64,000 bases of DNA from Basidiobolus ranarum (Eukaryota), in assembly GCA_040143965.1 (NCBI GenBank), contig JASJQH010006878.1:1-64000 (forward strand), read 5' to 3'. The notes under the pieces are model-generated. The model had not been told where the DNA came from, did not search any database, and saw only the letters and a list, made by a program, of their open reading frames with translations. Shown here piece after piece: positions 12,684 through 25,958 of the stretch. Within the stretch, counting starts at the first letter, position 1, and each line of letters opens with the position of its first letter. A program made the position numbers and the translations under genes.

Positions 12684-13087
12684 GTTCTCAAGCTAATAAA
12701 TTTCGTGGGTGTCAAAGCAAAATAGGCTTGAATGAGGTCTATGAAGTGGATTTCTACGGATTTGTTTATGGATTTGTTTATTACGATGAAAAAAGTAAAT
12801 ATAAATCTAAGATTGTTGACCTGTTGTTTTGATCAATAGTTGGGTCTCCATGTTTAAACTGGAATTCCAGGATGAACTCCCAAACTATAGGGAGATTACC
12901 ATTAGCCAGTTATACATCATTTACATGGTAGACTTCAACACTTACTGAATAAACTTGAAATTTAGAGCAAATATTTTTGACAAATTCGATGGATATAGTT
13001 CAAAAATCTGAGAGTATTGAATGGAATTATCTGCTTTACATTAGGAATATTGGAACTCTTTAAATATAACCGAAGAGGTACTTTACG

Positions 13088-14417
13088 ATGTCTTTGGAAA
13101 CTGATGTCAAAAACCAAGCTGCCCAATTCTGGTCTGAATTTAAAAATAGAAAGCAAGGTACAGTTTCTATATTGATTATCAATAAATATTTTACTAAGAC
13201 CCAAGGAATTACAAAGACATTGAACAGGATTTGAATGGACTTGATACTCTCTCGAAAACACAACTCCCCAAAGCATTTGATTCTATACTTCAAGCCATAT
13301 CAAATCTTGAGAAAGCAGTTAATGAAGCCTTAGTATATATTCCAGCTTATGACGAAAGACAATATAGTCAGGTATTTGTTCGCCATTACTTGTCAAAGTT
13401 CTTTATTATATTGGTAACGACTTGTATATATTGTTATTTCTAACTCATTTATTAAATTCTCAAGTCACTAAAAGAATTGAGTGCTACATACACGGTCAAA
13501 AAATCGCAGTTAACACCTAAAAGCAAATTTTCTTTTAAATCCAAACGAGGTAAAACAGCCGAAAAACCGGATACAAGTGCATTAAAGACTGATCCTTCGC
13601 TCCCTGGTTAGTGTTCACTCTCTATGTCCCAGCCTTTTCATCATACTGAATCAAATTTTTTTACCTAAATAACTGTCGTGGTCTTTATTAGTCACAACTC
13701 AAAGTACCACTCAAGCTAATTATACGTTTGCTGATCGAAGCAATGCTTATCTGAACTTCGACTCCTCAATTACAAACACCAATTCACAGTCGAAGGATTG
13801 TTTATTGCACAATCTTAGAAACTGTATAGTTAATTTAGTGTCGGAGACTCCCTTAACTGCTTTACTTGTTGATACATTAGAGAATTGTATTGTTTTGTGT
13901 GGCCCTCTTGCTGGTAGCTTGATTGCGCATCGTGTAAAAAATTGCGTCTTAGTACTAGCATGTCATCAGGTAAGATTTATATAGGATTATGCATAGCCTT
14001 AGCCCAGGCCTCATGCTAACCTCAGCACCTCAGTTTCGTTTGCATGAGTCAACAAATCTAGATATCTTCTTGCATGTAACTAGTCACCCAATCATCGAAG
14101 ACTCAACCCAGCTAAGATTTGGCCGGTACAATATTAATTATGAGCACATGGACTCCCTCTATCAGGTACCTCTTCCCGTGATGTAGAGTTGGATCTCCGT
14201 TACTAACAATAGCAACAATCTGTAGGCATCTGGTCTTAACCGAGAGGTGAATATGTTCTCTCAAGTAGAAGACTTCAATTGGTTAAAAAAAATAGAATCT
14301 CCTAATTGGACATTAATCCCCGATGAGCTCACACCCACATCAGAAGCTTTGCCACTTGAGCAGCCTGAGGACGTTAGATCAACCTTACTTCAACATTTAC
14401 CAACCAAGTTTAATTAA
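13088..14417 (+). CDS. TBCC: tubulin-specific chaperone C, multi-exon
   Basis: Motifs IPAYDERQY, PKSKFSFK, ACHQ-FRLHES..LHVTSHPIIEDS and VEDFNWLKKIESPNW. Confidence 0.92.
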
Positions 14418-15285
14418 TTGGTAACCCTAACCCTAAGTGTTCTCTAGATCAACAAAGTTTAATTAATGAGTTACGCCGTCATGGTACAATAATAAATACA
14501 TTTGAACTTGGTCCAATTTCGTTTTTGGTAGGTGCTGTGCTTAAAGCTAATATGAACTTGGGTGGTACAGAATCAGGCTCGGTGGATTGTTCAGGAAACA
14601 GTTGTTCAGCTTCCAAAGATGAACAAATCAGAGTAATAGCGGTAACTAAGTCATATGGAACTTGTCCATGATTTGCGAGACTAATGGCCGAAAACCGATG
14701 GGCTTCCGAGCATGTTTATCAATCAGGTTAGAAACGAAATAGATTCCTCGTACAAGTTGCGTATAAATAATTTGTTTTCCCATTCCAGACGAATGGCCTT
14801 ATCGGGAGCCAATACCCAGGTACGTGGGTAGTACTTGAGGCACTAGAGATACATTAACTTGTTCTATTCTCGAATGAACAGGCTCTAGAAACCATCGAAT
14901 TTAACTTCAAATATTCCAACTCTTGATTGAGATAATGGGGAGCCATTCATGCAAAATAGTCCTCCCCCGCTTTCAGCACCCTTCAACTCTAATTCGGGAA
15001 TTCCCGTGTTTATTTAGGTTCTTTTCCATTCCATTCTCTTTTATTGTCTAGAGTTCCTGCTAGTTTTTTTTATTACTCTAAGTTACGAAAGTGTTCGAGT
15101 AGCCGTTCCCTTCCCTATAAGCTAGACAGTTTTGCCTCTTGCAATATACTATCAACATCGATAAAGATTATCTTACGTGTGTATAGTACACTTTCGCTGT
15201 ACTCTAGCTTATAAGAGCTAACTTCTTTAGTTTGTAAGAATCTCATTGACTTTCCTGAGCATTCAGTGAATTTTCAAACCAAAGA

Positions 15286-16676
15286 ATGCAACCTTGGTAC
15301 CTTCTTGTCGGAATCCTTTCTTTGTATAAGATCCAGGTCTTGGCTATCGATGTTTCCACTCGACACAGGTGCTGGAATAAAGATCCTGCCAATCTGAATA
15401 AGTGTCTGGATACACCACAATATTCGTAAGTATAAACCAAGTCTTATGATATTCCCTTATAATCCGTTTCCGGTTTAGAGGTTCACGTTATTTACACGTA
15501 TATTTTGTATTCTTGGCAATTCTATAGCCCTACACCTGTCATTTACAAATTTAAGCGAAGAGATGAGGAAGGTAAACCTTCGGTTGGTGAGTCATATGAG
15601 CCAGAGGTAATTACTTCAACATCAACTCCAGTCTTGACCGAAGTTACACCCACATCTGATGTTAGCTCAACACACACAGCTCAACCAAGTATGCCATATC
15701 AATGTTACTTTTCATGTATATTACTCTACGAATGTCCTTATTTAACGCTTGATAAATGTTTTAGCACATTCCGTGAATTCTGATAGAGCACTTTTCACAC
15801 CCACTTTCCCTAACCAAGTGGAGAACACCACTCCTACAGAAAATAACAAGAATCAACACTCCGCAGACGAATCAAAAAAACTTATGGGACTGCCACTTGC
15901 CGCTGGAATCGGTATCATTGTTGGAATAGTGTTATTAGCCTGTATCATTGGTGGATTTTTCACCTACCTCCATATTAAACGTCGTAGAGCTAGACGTTGG
16001 CCAAAGTCGACTGGTAATATTGAATAATGCAATCCTCACTATCAGATTTTCTAAACTAGTTCATGGTGTTAAGGTTATATTGATCTGCATGATGTTCCGA
16101 CTACATCTCGAAGAGCACATCCACCTCCACTTTTATCTTCAGGCGACGAAGCACATGCTAATTTATTACATCCCAGTATGCACCCTGCAGTTATATCTGC
16201 ACGTGCAAGGGATAATAGTCCACCATCTCCTGGTATATCCAGAGATCATACACAGCCAGAGATGTCCGAAGGTAAAACCGAGTAGACATTACCAATAGTC
16301 ACCAACCTTTCAGTGTTAACTAATACAACATTCAGGTATCATCGCCACTACTCAGACTCCTCGCTCAGACTACCCCAAGCCTACAATATACCGATTGTCT
16401 GTGGCACCTATGTTAGCTAGCCAGCAAGACCTCGACTTTGCTTCTGGATCGAATTCATCTAATGAGCCAGAGTCATCACCAGATTATTCTTTCGTGATGT
16501 CGGCTATTTTATCATACAAACCTCGACAGGAGGGTGAGATAGAAGTCAACGTTGGAGATGAACTGGCGATCACTGATGAAATGGGCCCAGATTGGCTAAT
16601 TGGGTTTAATTTGACCACTAACTCGGTCACTGGCGGGTTCCCTAGAACATGTGTGACTGGTACTTCTTATCAATGA
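15286..16676 (+). CDS. type I membrane protein with signal peptide, S/T-rich ectodomain, TM and C-terminal SH3 domain
   Basis: Signal MQPWYLLVGILSLYKIQVLA, TM AAGIGIIVGIVLLACIIGGFF followed by KRRRARR, and SH3 AILSYKPRQEGEIEVNVGD...DWLIG...GGFPRTCV. Confidence 0.85.
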
Positions 16677-17281
16677 TCATTGACACGAAAGCCCGCTTTA
16701 TTTATTCAACATCTCCATTGTTGCCAAGGTTTTGCTAGAAATATGACAATTCAATTCAATTTTCCACTTTTGCTATATAATATTTGTTCACCTTATAGTG
16801 AAGAGTCTGTTTACCATTGTTACTTTTTGCCTTCTGTATACAATCAGAGAATCGTTTAAGAATAACCCACTCCACCCCCTCCCCTTTCAATTATCCTTAT
16901 CTCACTATTTCCAAGTTCGATATACACCTGTGGTTAATATGTTATTTTGGAGATGTTTCGTACTATTTTGCTCTTCGGCTTTTTGTACAGATCTGTAGTA
17001 AACACACTTTCTTTTACCGATCCACAGATTGTTTACCCATCGATATGTTCCATGGATGTGACTAATCTAATGTGAAGCCAAATAGGCGTTTGTATGTACG
17101 TCATCCACGATGATTCTGTCCATCTACTCTGGTGGCAATTAGAGAGGGTGATGTGAGGTAAGCCTTGCTGGATGGTTGAATCATCCACCTTGACGTAACT
17201 GATGGAAAATTCTTTAGTATAAATTACAGTTGTTTCCCGCCAGGATTTTGCATTCATCATATTTATATTCCCCTATTCAGC

Positions 17282-17482
17282 ATGCCCAACAAACAACCAC
17301 CCTCCTCTGACGGTCGTGACGAAGGTACCACCACAGCTCCAGGAGGTAAGCATCCTAGTGCGAGTGCATCCAAAAGCACCAGTAGACCTGCTCACACCAA
17401 CGACAAGCCCCCCAATGCTAATCAAGTTGGATCAAGTGGGAGAAGTAATGTCCAAAAAGGAGAGAAGGAGCAAAGTAATTAA
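17282..17482 (+). CDS. small hydrophilic, disordered protein (66 aa)
   Basis: GC-richer ORF with hydrophilin-like composition. A TATAAA lies near 17218. Confidence 0.5.
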   Translation: MPNKQPPSSDGRDEGTTTAPGGKHPSASASKSTSRPAHTNDKPPNANQVGSSGRSNVQKGEKEQSN

Positions 17483-18156
17483 ACCATGACTTGGTTGATG
17501 AGTGATCGCGAACGCACCATCATTTCCAATAACAAATAGTCAAATGCAAACCAATTTAGGCAATACTACGACTTCCGATATTACCTATTGTACAATAAAA
17601 TATTCGCATTTGAACAAAACAAAATGCCGGTTTCACCATGGCAACTCAATTCTATCACAGATCATTCGCTCAGTTTATTAGTGCACGATAATACCAGCTA
17701 CTCAGCCAGTCACGAGGCATGTGCTTACCAAAACTTGGAGATAAACACAAGTAATGGGCAGTGATAGTGCTATCGTAGTTGGCTGTATTCGTCTTGTAGT
17801 AGACTGTATACAAACATGCTGATGATAACAGTAATTCAAACATTGTGTTTCTTGTTTGAAAAGGAGTGTGACTGTACTGATTTGAAGACTTCTGAAGAGG
17901 CGCCGTAGCCAATGAATCCATTTGTACATATATATCATTGGTTGCGTGATCCATCTTAAAATCCCAACTTTGTATACATTAAGCATTTAATATAACTCTT
18001 TATTAGTCAGTTTTTTTACTTTTATCACCCTAGATAGTCTCAATATAGAGTATACTTGGCTGCATTCTCGCTTTACCTTTTTGATATCTCTTCTCTCCCT
18101 TTAGAAACCTCAGTTGTTTGTTCTCTTTGTAAGCTCCTCTATAGAAAGCGTCAAAC

Positions 18157-19432
18157 ATGGGGACTTCAAATAGTGATCTTACTACCAATGTGCCTTTGGC
18201 TGTTATAACTACTCCCAGCACTACGGGGACAACAAGCGCACTCACTACTTTAAATTCTCAGACAAATACCACTTCCACACAGGAAGTTAGACCAAATATT
18301 CAAGCACGCTTTTCAGTTGCAAGCGCTGGCCGTTCTCAAACAAATGCTTCTATTGCCCCAAGCGAGCACAACTGGTTTACTTATGCTCTTCATCGGTATC
18401 GAAACCTCCCACGTTATCACAAGATTATGTTAACGCTATCTTTAATTATAAGCACGTCTCAGGTATTCAACAATAGAGAAGTTACCTTCTGAAGCAATAC
18501 TAATATTAAAATCTTTATATTATCTACAGATAGTCTCCATCACTAGTGTTGTAGGTATTACAGCATATCAGAGTTGCGAGTCTTTATTTCGTTTCTACCT
18601 TATAGCTACCGCTGTCAGACTACTCTTGTATACCCCGTTGATAGGAATATATTACTTGCATCCAGAGGGACGTAACACTCATTACTCTACCTCTATATTT
18701 TTGAGCTGGGTAAATCGTAGTAGAAGTGTATTGGATTTTTTTGGAACCATGTTATTTTTAGTGGGAAATTATCTCATATTTACCACCGAAATATGTTCCT
18801 CCGGCTCTCCAGGCCTATATGGTTTGACAATAGCATTAGTAGTACTTGGCTACCTGAAGATCATAGTTCCGATCATGTTGTGTGCAGCGATCTTGTGTTT
18901 ACCATGTATTCTTATCGTTTTAAGAGCTTTAAGAATTGGAGAGGTATTGCAAACTGGAGCCAATGAAGAAAGTATTGATAAATTGAGGATAGTAAGATAC
19001 CATAAAAATAGAGAGGAATCAGAGGATCAAGAAAATTCATCTGGAAAGAAATCTACCGAAATCTCCCATGTTACGAACGCATCTAATAAGAATACTCGGC
19101 CTAATTTATTCACTCGCATATTACTTAAAATCTTTCGAAGAAACAAATCTAAAGAAATCCCTGTCAATGATAATGTTGAAGAAGGAAAGCCTGAAGGAGG
19201 GAGTCAGCAAGTAGTCTACTTATCAGATGAAGATGCTGTATGTTGTATCTGCTTGGAAGAGTATTCGGATGGAGAGAAGTTGCGTGAAATGAAATGCATA
19301 CATTACTTCCATGTACATTGTATCGATGAATGGTTGAAGCTGAATAGAACTTGTCCATTATGTAAACGAGATATTGAATTCGACAAATCCACTGAAGAGA
19401 CAGAAACCACCGAGTCGAATGTCAACTCTTGA
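18157..19432 (+). CDS. transmembrane RING-H2 E3 ubiquitin ligase
   Basis: Several TM helices, then [37 protein letters not shown]. One intron near 18463-18529. Confidence 0.92.
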
Positions 19433-19921
19433 TCTATTTCAACCTCTTGTCGGTTGGCTATATGGTCATTGTAAATACTTTTACATTTATGCACATTTCT
19501 TTTATTTATCTCACATTTTGAAGTATATCAGTTCTTTGGTAAATATACCTGATTGCCTTGCTTTGTCTCTCCTTTCCCTCCCTTCTCTCCTCACCTCTTT
19601 GTTCGATTCATCCTGATTAACATGCTTTTATAAATATATTCGGATTTGTGAATAAGATGATATATACACCACCCATGTCCCTCTAATAGCGATGGATTCA
19701 CAGTCGATAATAATTAATGGCAAGTAATTTCAAAATCATACTGAAATGGATTTATCTGCGGACTAGGTATGTACATCTGTATAGTGGGGGGGGGGGTTCG
19801 GAGTGTTCATAGGTCTAAATGATCTTACATGAAAATTATAGGTGTATAAAGATTCTGAGTTGATTCTAGAGCAACAATCCTACAATATGGCAATTCCAAT
19901 AAGGGGTGCGAAGGGGACTTG

Positions 19922-21187
19922 CTAGGATGATTTTCCAGATGTTATTGCTGTGACAGTTTTGTAATCTGAATAGAAATCGAGGTCATCCAGATACTGGGAT
20001 GTATCAATATCAGGGTATTGTTTGTTTACCATCTAGTCAAATATAAAGAATAAGTATATATGAGAATCAAGCATCAATCGTTATTTCCACTTACCGCGAG
20101 AAACCGCGTTCTACTTGAAGAGTAGCTCAAAGTGCACAGAATATCATGAATCTATTAAGTGGCAAATTAATTTAGAACTCCCTTGAACTTTCAATCCAAA
20201 GACATACCTTGGTTTGTAGTACTGATGGTTCACATGTTTCGAGATACTTTTTGATGAGGGTGAATCTTTCACGATCTATTCGACATTCTCGAAGCTTAGT
20301 TACAATGTCGTCAGTTTTAGGTGGATTCAGTTCTTCAGTACTCTTAGGACTATCGGGAAACGGGTATCTCATTTGTCGATCAGCAAATGTGGGTTTACAA
20401 TCCTATGATTATATTCCAAAGGATTTGTTAGTAAACATTCCAAAACATTCGATATCCATCACTACCTTGAGTTGACGATGACGAATCCATTTTCTCCGTC
20501 TTACGAACGACCTAAAGAATCGGTATTCCCCTTCAATAAAGAAACGACTAGTTTAGAAATTGACAGGTAAATTAATTCCACCGAAACCATAACCTACCAT
20601 GCCACGAATTCGATTGAAATATTATAGAATATTCCCAGCCGTCCTCATCCACATCTTCTGACTTGTCGATGTACCAATATGGATCAGCCTGTAGAGTATT
20701 GGATGAATATCATATGAAAATTAATATGCATTAGGTACAAAATTAATCACTCACCCAGACCCAGTTTGGGTCCGGAAGCTGGGCAGAATGAATATCTACT
20801 GGTGAAAACCTAGGTTGATTTTGGTTGAACTCGAGTTAGGGTATTGAGTACAATAGTATGTGATATGTGTAAGTACCGTTGATATTTGTCGGTCCAAGGT
20901 GGACTATCAAAGGGATTCAACCTAACTCGGGAAGCTTGTTAGTGTCGATTATCTTCAGAGGGTTAAGTATATGAAAGAGAGATTCACATTTTAAAACTGA
21001 AATAGGGTGTACCGCAAGCCCATATTCTAAATTAGATGGACAAAAGTTTAGCCAAAAGAACCTCCACTTTTTCGTTGTTTACTTTGTGCATTCAAGGAAA
21101 TACAAACCCTCGCTGGTTTTCGTAAAGTATTTCTACTTTGATTCTTTGCTCTTCTTCTTCGGAAAGAGACGTAACAGTTGTATTCAT
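19922..21187 (-). CDS. dysferlin-domain protein, Spo73/Mug65-like, multi-exon
   Basis: Spliced motifs ILYENQRG, GTPYFS..LNPFDSPPWTD, QLPDPNWVW, WYIDKSEDVDEDGWEYS and FVRRRKWIR. Confidence 0.85.
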
Positions 21188-21966
21188 TTAAGACTCAGAC
21201 AGTCTTTCTATGCTTTCAATTAATGTTAATCAGAGGGAGGTTATCACTAGAAAGAGGAAAGAAGTGATGGTAAAGAAAGAGGGAAGAGGATGAAGAACGA
21301 GAAATAATAAGCGTCCAGTCAATCCAACAGTATAATAAATATAGAAAGTGATGCATGTAGATGCAACCTCATTCCATTCTATCGAGATAGTAACCATTAT
21401 CCGATCAGTTCAACAAGTACCTAATCAACAAAATGATGATCTAACTATATGAATGGCTATATGAATGGAATGTATTTCAAATGATACCTCACAAATAACC
21501 CCCTTTCAACCTTTTGTTTTAGTTTCTTCGAATGTGTAACAGAGGATCACGCGCTGTACTCTCAATGGCTCGGCGCTCGTCAGCGATCAATCAACACGCC
21601 AATGATGTAGTAATAATATGGGTAATGGTAATTTTAAGGTGGCTAAAAAGATTATTAGGCGGATGGGTATTAAACTGTATGTAGAATCAACATTACGCCA
21701 GGTAGGAGCACATAAACAACTTGAATCATCTTAAGCCATTAAATCGATTCAATAATCTGGATTTCTCCAACTACTTATAACTGCCAAAGAAAATTTCCAC
21801 AGGGTCAACACAATCAGAAATGATGGAAAATTTAACCGAGATCACGAGCTATGGACGTACAATCTTAGTCCAAATATTTATTGACAGATTCAAAGTTCAT
21901 AAGATATCATTTTTTTCAAGCATACTTTCCCAGTCTAGTTTACCTCTCTTTCATTCATACGGAGTC

Positions 21967-24355
21967 ATGTCCAAAGAACGCGTCTCCTATTACTATGATT
22001 GTAAGTTATTAGAGAATCCCTTATAACTCAAAATCACTTTGTATCTCGAATTCATATTGACTTATAATAGCTGACGTGGGAAATTACACGTACGGTCCGG
22101 GGCATCCCATGAAACCACAACGCATGAGAATGACCCACAATCTAGTCGTGAACTATGGGCTACATAAAAAAATGGAAATTCTGGTGAGTATCCTTACAGG
22201 ATAGCTTTTTTAGTAGCAAATAGACCAAGATACACACTGTATTCGAAACAACAAGCAGTCACTTACAAAAATTTTCTCCTCTAGAGGCCGACTCGTGCAA
22301 CTAAAACTCAAATGACTCGATTTCACTCAGATGAATACATAGATTTTCTACAAAAAGTAACCACAGAAAATATGGATAACTTAGTTTCTCATCAAAATAG
22401 ATGTAAGTAAAGAGGTTTTCTCTTCTCCTCTAGTTTGTATCGTATTTGGAATTTCTCTATGTAGAATGGTGAATTTGCAATGTTACGATTACTTTGCTAT
22501 TTTATCCCTTTTCTTCAATATTGAACGTACTTGTTAAACTAACAATTATATATATCTGTACTTGCTATTAGTCCTCTCTGGTGACGATTGTCCAGTTTTT
22601 GATGGACTTTATGAATTCTGCTCTATTTCTGCCGGTGGTTCAATTGGTAAATATTATTTCTGATATGTAGCATTGTTGAAGCTCAGGAAATAACCGGGCA
22701 ATTGGTTCTTCAAGCTGGTGCGAATAAACTCAACAAAGGAGAGTCGGATGTTGTCATTAATTGGTCGGGTGGCCTTCATCATGCTAAAAAGACGGAAGCA
22801 TCTGGATTTTGCTATGTGAATGATATTGTGCTTGCTATTTTGGAGTTGTTAAGGTAGCGCATATAAATCGATGAAATAATGCTACTGAATATTGTCCATA
22901 ATCGATTCAATCCCATCATAGATGTCATCAAAGAGTATTGTACATTGATATTGATTGTCATCATGGAGATGGTGTTGAAGAAGCCTTTTATACCACCGAC
23001 CGAGTAATGTCTGTATCTTTTCACAAGTATGGAGAATATTTCCCTGGTACCGGAGACATTGACGTATGTGCGACCCATCATTGCTAACCAGACGCAAAGC
23101 CATTCTTACTCATTTCTACTCAATTCTCCAGGATGTTGGAATAGGCAAAGGAAAGAACTATGCGGTGAACTTCCCGCTACGCGACGGTATCGATGATGAA
23201 TCTTATAAAGTGGTTTTTGAATCGGTAAGCAGTCTCGACACCCTTAGAAGTCGAACTTGTACTCATCCAACCATGACAACAGGTTCTCAGCCATGTGATG
23301 GAGTGGTATAGACCAGGCGCGGTCGTTATGCAATGCGGAACAGACTCTCTTGCGGGTGATAGATTGGGATGTTTCAATTTATCCATGAAAGGTCTCCTAG
23401 TTTACTTGGTATTAGAAATGTATTATAACTCTTTACTCAACTGCATCATTGATACACAGGACACGGCCATTGCGTCAAATTCATGAAAACCTTCAATGTT
23501 CCACTTATCTTTGTGGGTGGAGGTGGATACACTATCAGAAACGTATCCCGTACTTGGGCTTATGAAACAGGGGTCATCTTAAACGAGGAGTTGGATGAGA
23601 ATTTACCGTACAATGATTACTACGAGTATTTCGGACCCGATTACAAACTTGGTGTACCATCGAATAACATGGAGAACCTGAATACCCGAGAATACCTTGA
23701 GAACATTCGTTCGAAAGTGATCGATAATCTGAGACAGATTCCTTTTGCGCCATCAGTTCAAATGCAAGAGGTGCCGAGAGACTTTTCTTCTGATGAGGAA
23801 GAAGAGGAAGATCCAGATGTCAGAGTTTCTACACAACAGTACGACGCTCGAGTAGTTCCAGATACCGAATTATCTGATTCAGATGATGATGACCATCGAC
23901 GAGATGAAACCAACTTCAAAGATCAAGCTCCTCGTTCCTCCAGAAGAACTCGTAAGACTTCCTCTCGAGAACGTAACCGTAGTCGTAGTCGCAAAACCGC
24001 GAAACCTTCGAATGCAAATGAATACTCAGTTAAATCTGAGCATGTTGGATTCCCTCTCACCGGATCATCTGCTCGCTTCGAAAACGATGGTAGCTTTGTT
24101 GAGGAAGAGGAAGAATCATCGGGTAAGGCGGTACTTTCCACCGATCGTCACCCAATTGTTCGCGATGGAGGTGCTGTCAAAATTAAGTCAGAACCGGATG
24201 ATGAACATAAAATGGATGTAGACCAAGAGTCAGAAACTGAGGATGATGGTGACACGCAGAACGTAAATGAAGCTTCCACAAACAACAGTCCTAACCAAAC
24301 CCCTACACCAATGGAGGTCCAAGAAACGGAAGAGCAGTCGACCAAGAAGCATTGA
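21967..24355 (+). CDS. RPD3: class I histone deacetylase (Rpd3/HDAC1-like), multi-exon
   Basis: Motifs [45 protein letters not shown] and [10 protein letters not shown], with an acidic tail. Confidence 0.93.
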
Positions 24356-24562
24356 TTCTCTCAGAAGTGGATTTTTTCTTTAGAATAAGCAACATTTTAA
24401 TTTGTTACGTTACCTGTAGTTTGTTTTGTGTACAGTGTTAATCATCAGAATATTCAATAAATCATTTTGATATACTTTTATTTCAAAAACCTATCACTAT
24501 TCCTACACTTTTCCTACACTCTACTGAATCTGGAATTGGTGAAAATGAATGTTCAACGCAAT

Positions 24563-25548
24563 CTAGCCAATATGTTGATTGACTTGTTGTTCAGATGAAG
24601 GTGTTTTGTGATCTGCAGGGTTAGCTGCCAACTCATAGATCGTAATAATCGGATCTTCGTTAATCTATTTAGAGCTTAGGTGTAAATCAATTTGAAAGTA
24701 TGTTTAACGAGAGAAACCATTCATACCTCAGTCCAATCCCCTTTGAAACCAATATAGGTTAGGACGGTAGTGTCTTCTCCATAGTTTTCGGGGAAATATA
24801 ATGTGACACTGCGAACATTTGTAAATTTGGTGATTCTTTTACAGATCCAGTAAGTCAGAATTAGTAATATGTAGTTGCATGATTCGAAATGTTCAGCTTT
24901 ACCTTGTAGCGTATTCAACAACATCTTTATGAGCTTCTGCTTGTACAAGTTCCCATTCTTGGGTAGGGGTCATAGAATCCGCATTATCAAAGTCGACATC
25001 CTCTCGGTTGATAATCCTAAAAAGTAGTTATAAAGTTTAATTAAAAAGTAAAAGTGTTCCTTGTTTAAAAAGGTTAACCTACACTTTCATTTTAGCTGGG
25101 CTTTTCGCACCTGGACCACCGCGAATCGAGATAGACTTAAGTTTAACACTTCCAGTAAAGCTAAGTTAATGGAAAAGAGAAAAAAGTGTGAATTTCTGAT
25201 CAACTCAATATTCTTCAATAGTCTTGACTTACGGAACATATATGATGAGTTGTTCATCACAATCACTTTCTACAAACTGCGATAGAGGTTTTTATCAGTG
25301 ATATATATCGATTAGGCTTTAGATAAACCTTCTAAGCAAACCTTAGTTGTATCAAGGCGTTCATGCCATGGTTTGAATACTCGACGAGAGGCACCTGGTT
25401 CACTTTCGTTTAAGCATCTAACTCGATCAACGTCAATTTTTGAGAATAAAGTATCCTTAAGCGCAGCCTCAATATCATCGTCATGATTGTGGTCGTGGTG
25501 ATGGTGGTGGTGATCGTCTTCATGTGCTTCGTCTCTGCAATGCTCCAT
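24563..25548 (-). CDS. PITHD1: PITH domain-containing protein
   Basis: His-rich N-terminus, then ID..RVRCLNE, ESDCDEQLIIYVPFTGSVKLKSI and TYIGFKGDW..ELAANPADHK. Confidence 0.92.
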
Positions 25549-25958
25549 TTTTGCGGGTAGATTAAAGAGACAATGATTTCGCAGCAATGATCAAGATATA
25601 GTAAATATTTAATTAGCATATGAATATGGATTTACGTCAATTATCAATTGTAAATCATAGTGGATTTAAACAGATCCTATGGTGTATATCATAGTCAGAG
25701 TAAAGCAGTCATGATGATCACTCACTCTTTCAAGGGTGGCAAACTACTACTGAAGAGGTTGAATTGGAACGTTATTTATTCTTTGACTTCACCGCAAAAT
25801 TGATTTAAATTAAATGATTGATTTAACCCTAACCCTTTCCCCTTCAAAACAAGCTTCTATTTTAACAAAAAAGAAAACACTATACCTAACTCTGGTTGGC
25901 ATATGTGGTTTTTGCTTCTTTCTTTCTTTACTGTAATTGCTGGTGTTCTGCTTTTTGG

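Noticed and set aside
19786-19796. G11 homopolymer
   Set aside because: Isolated run between convergent genes with no further structure.
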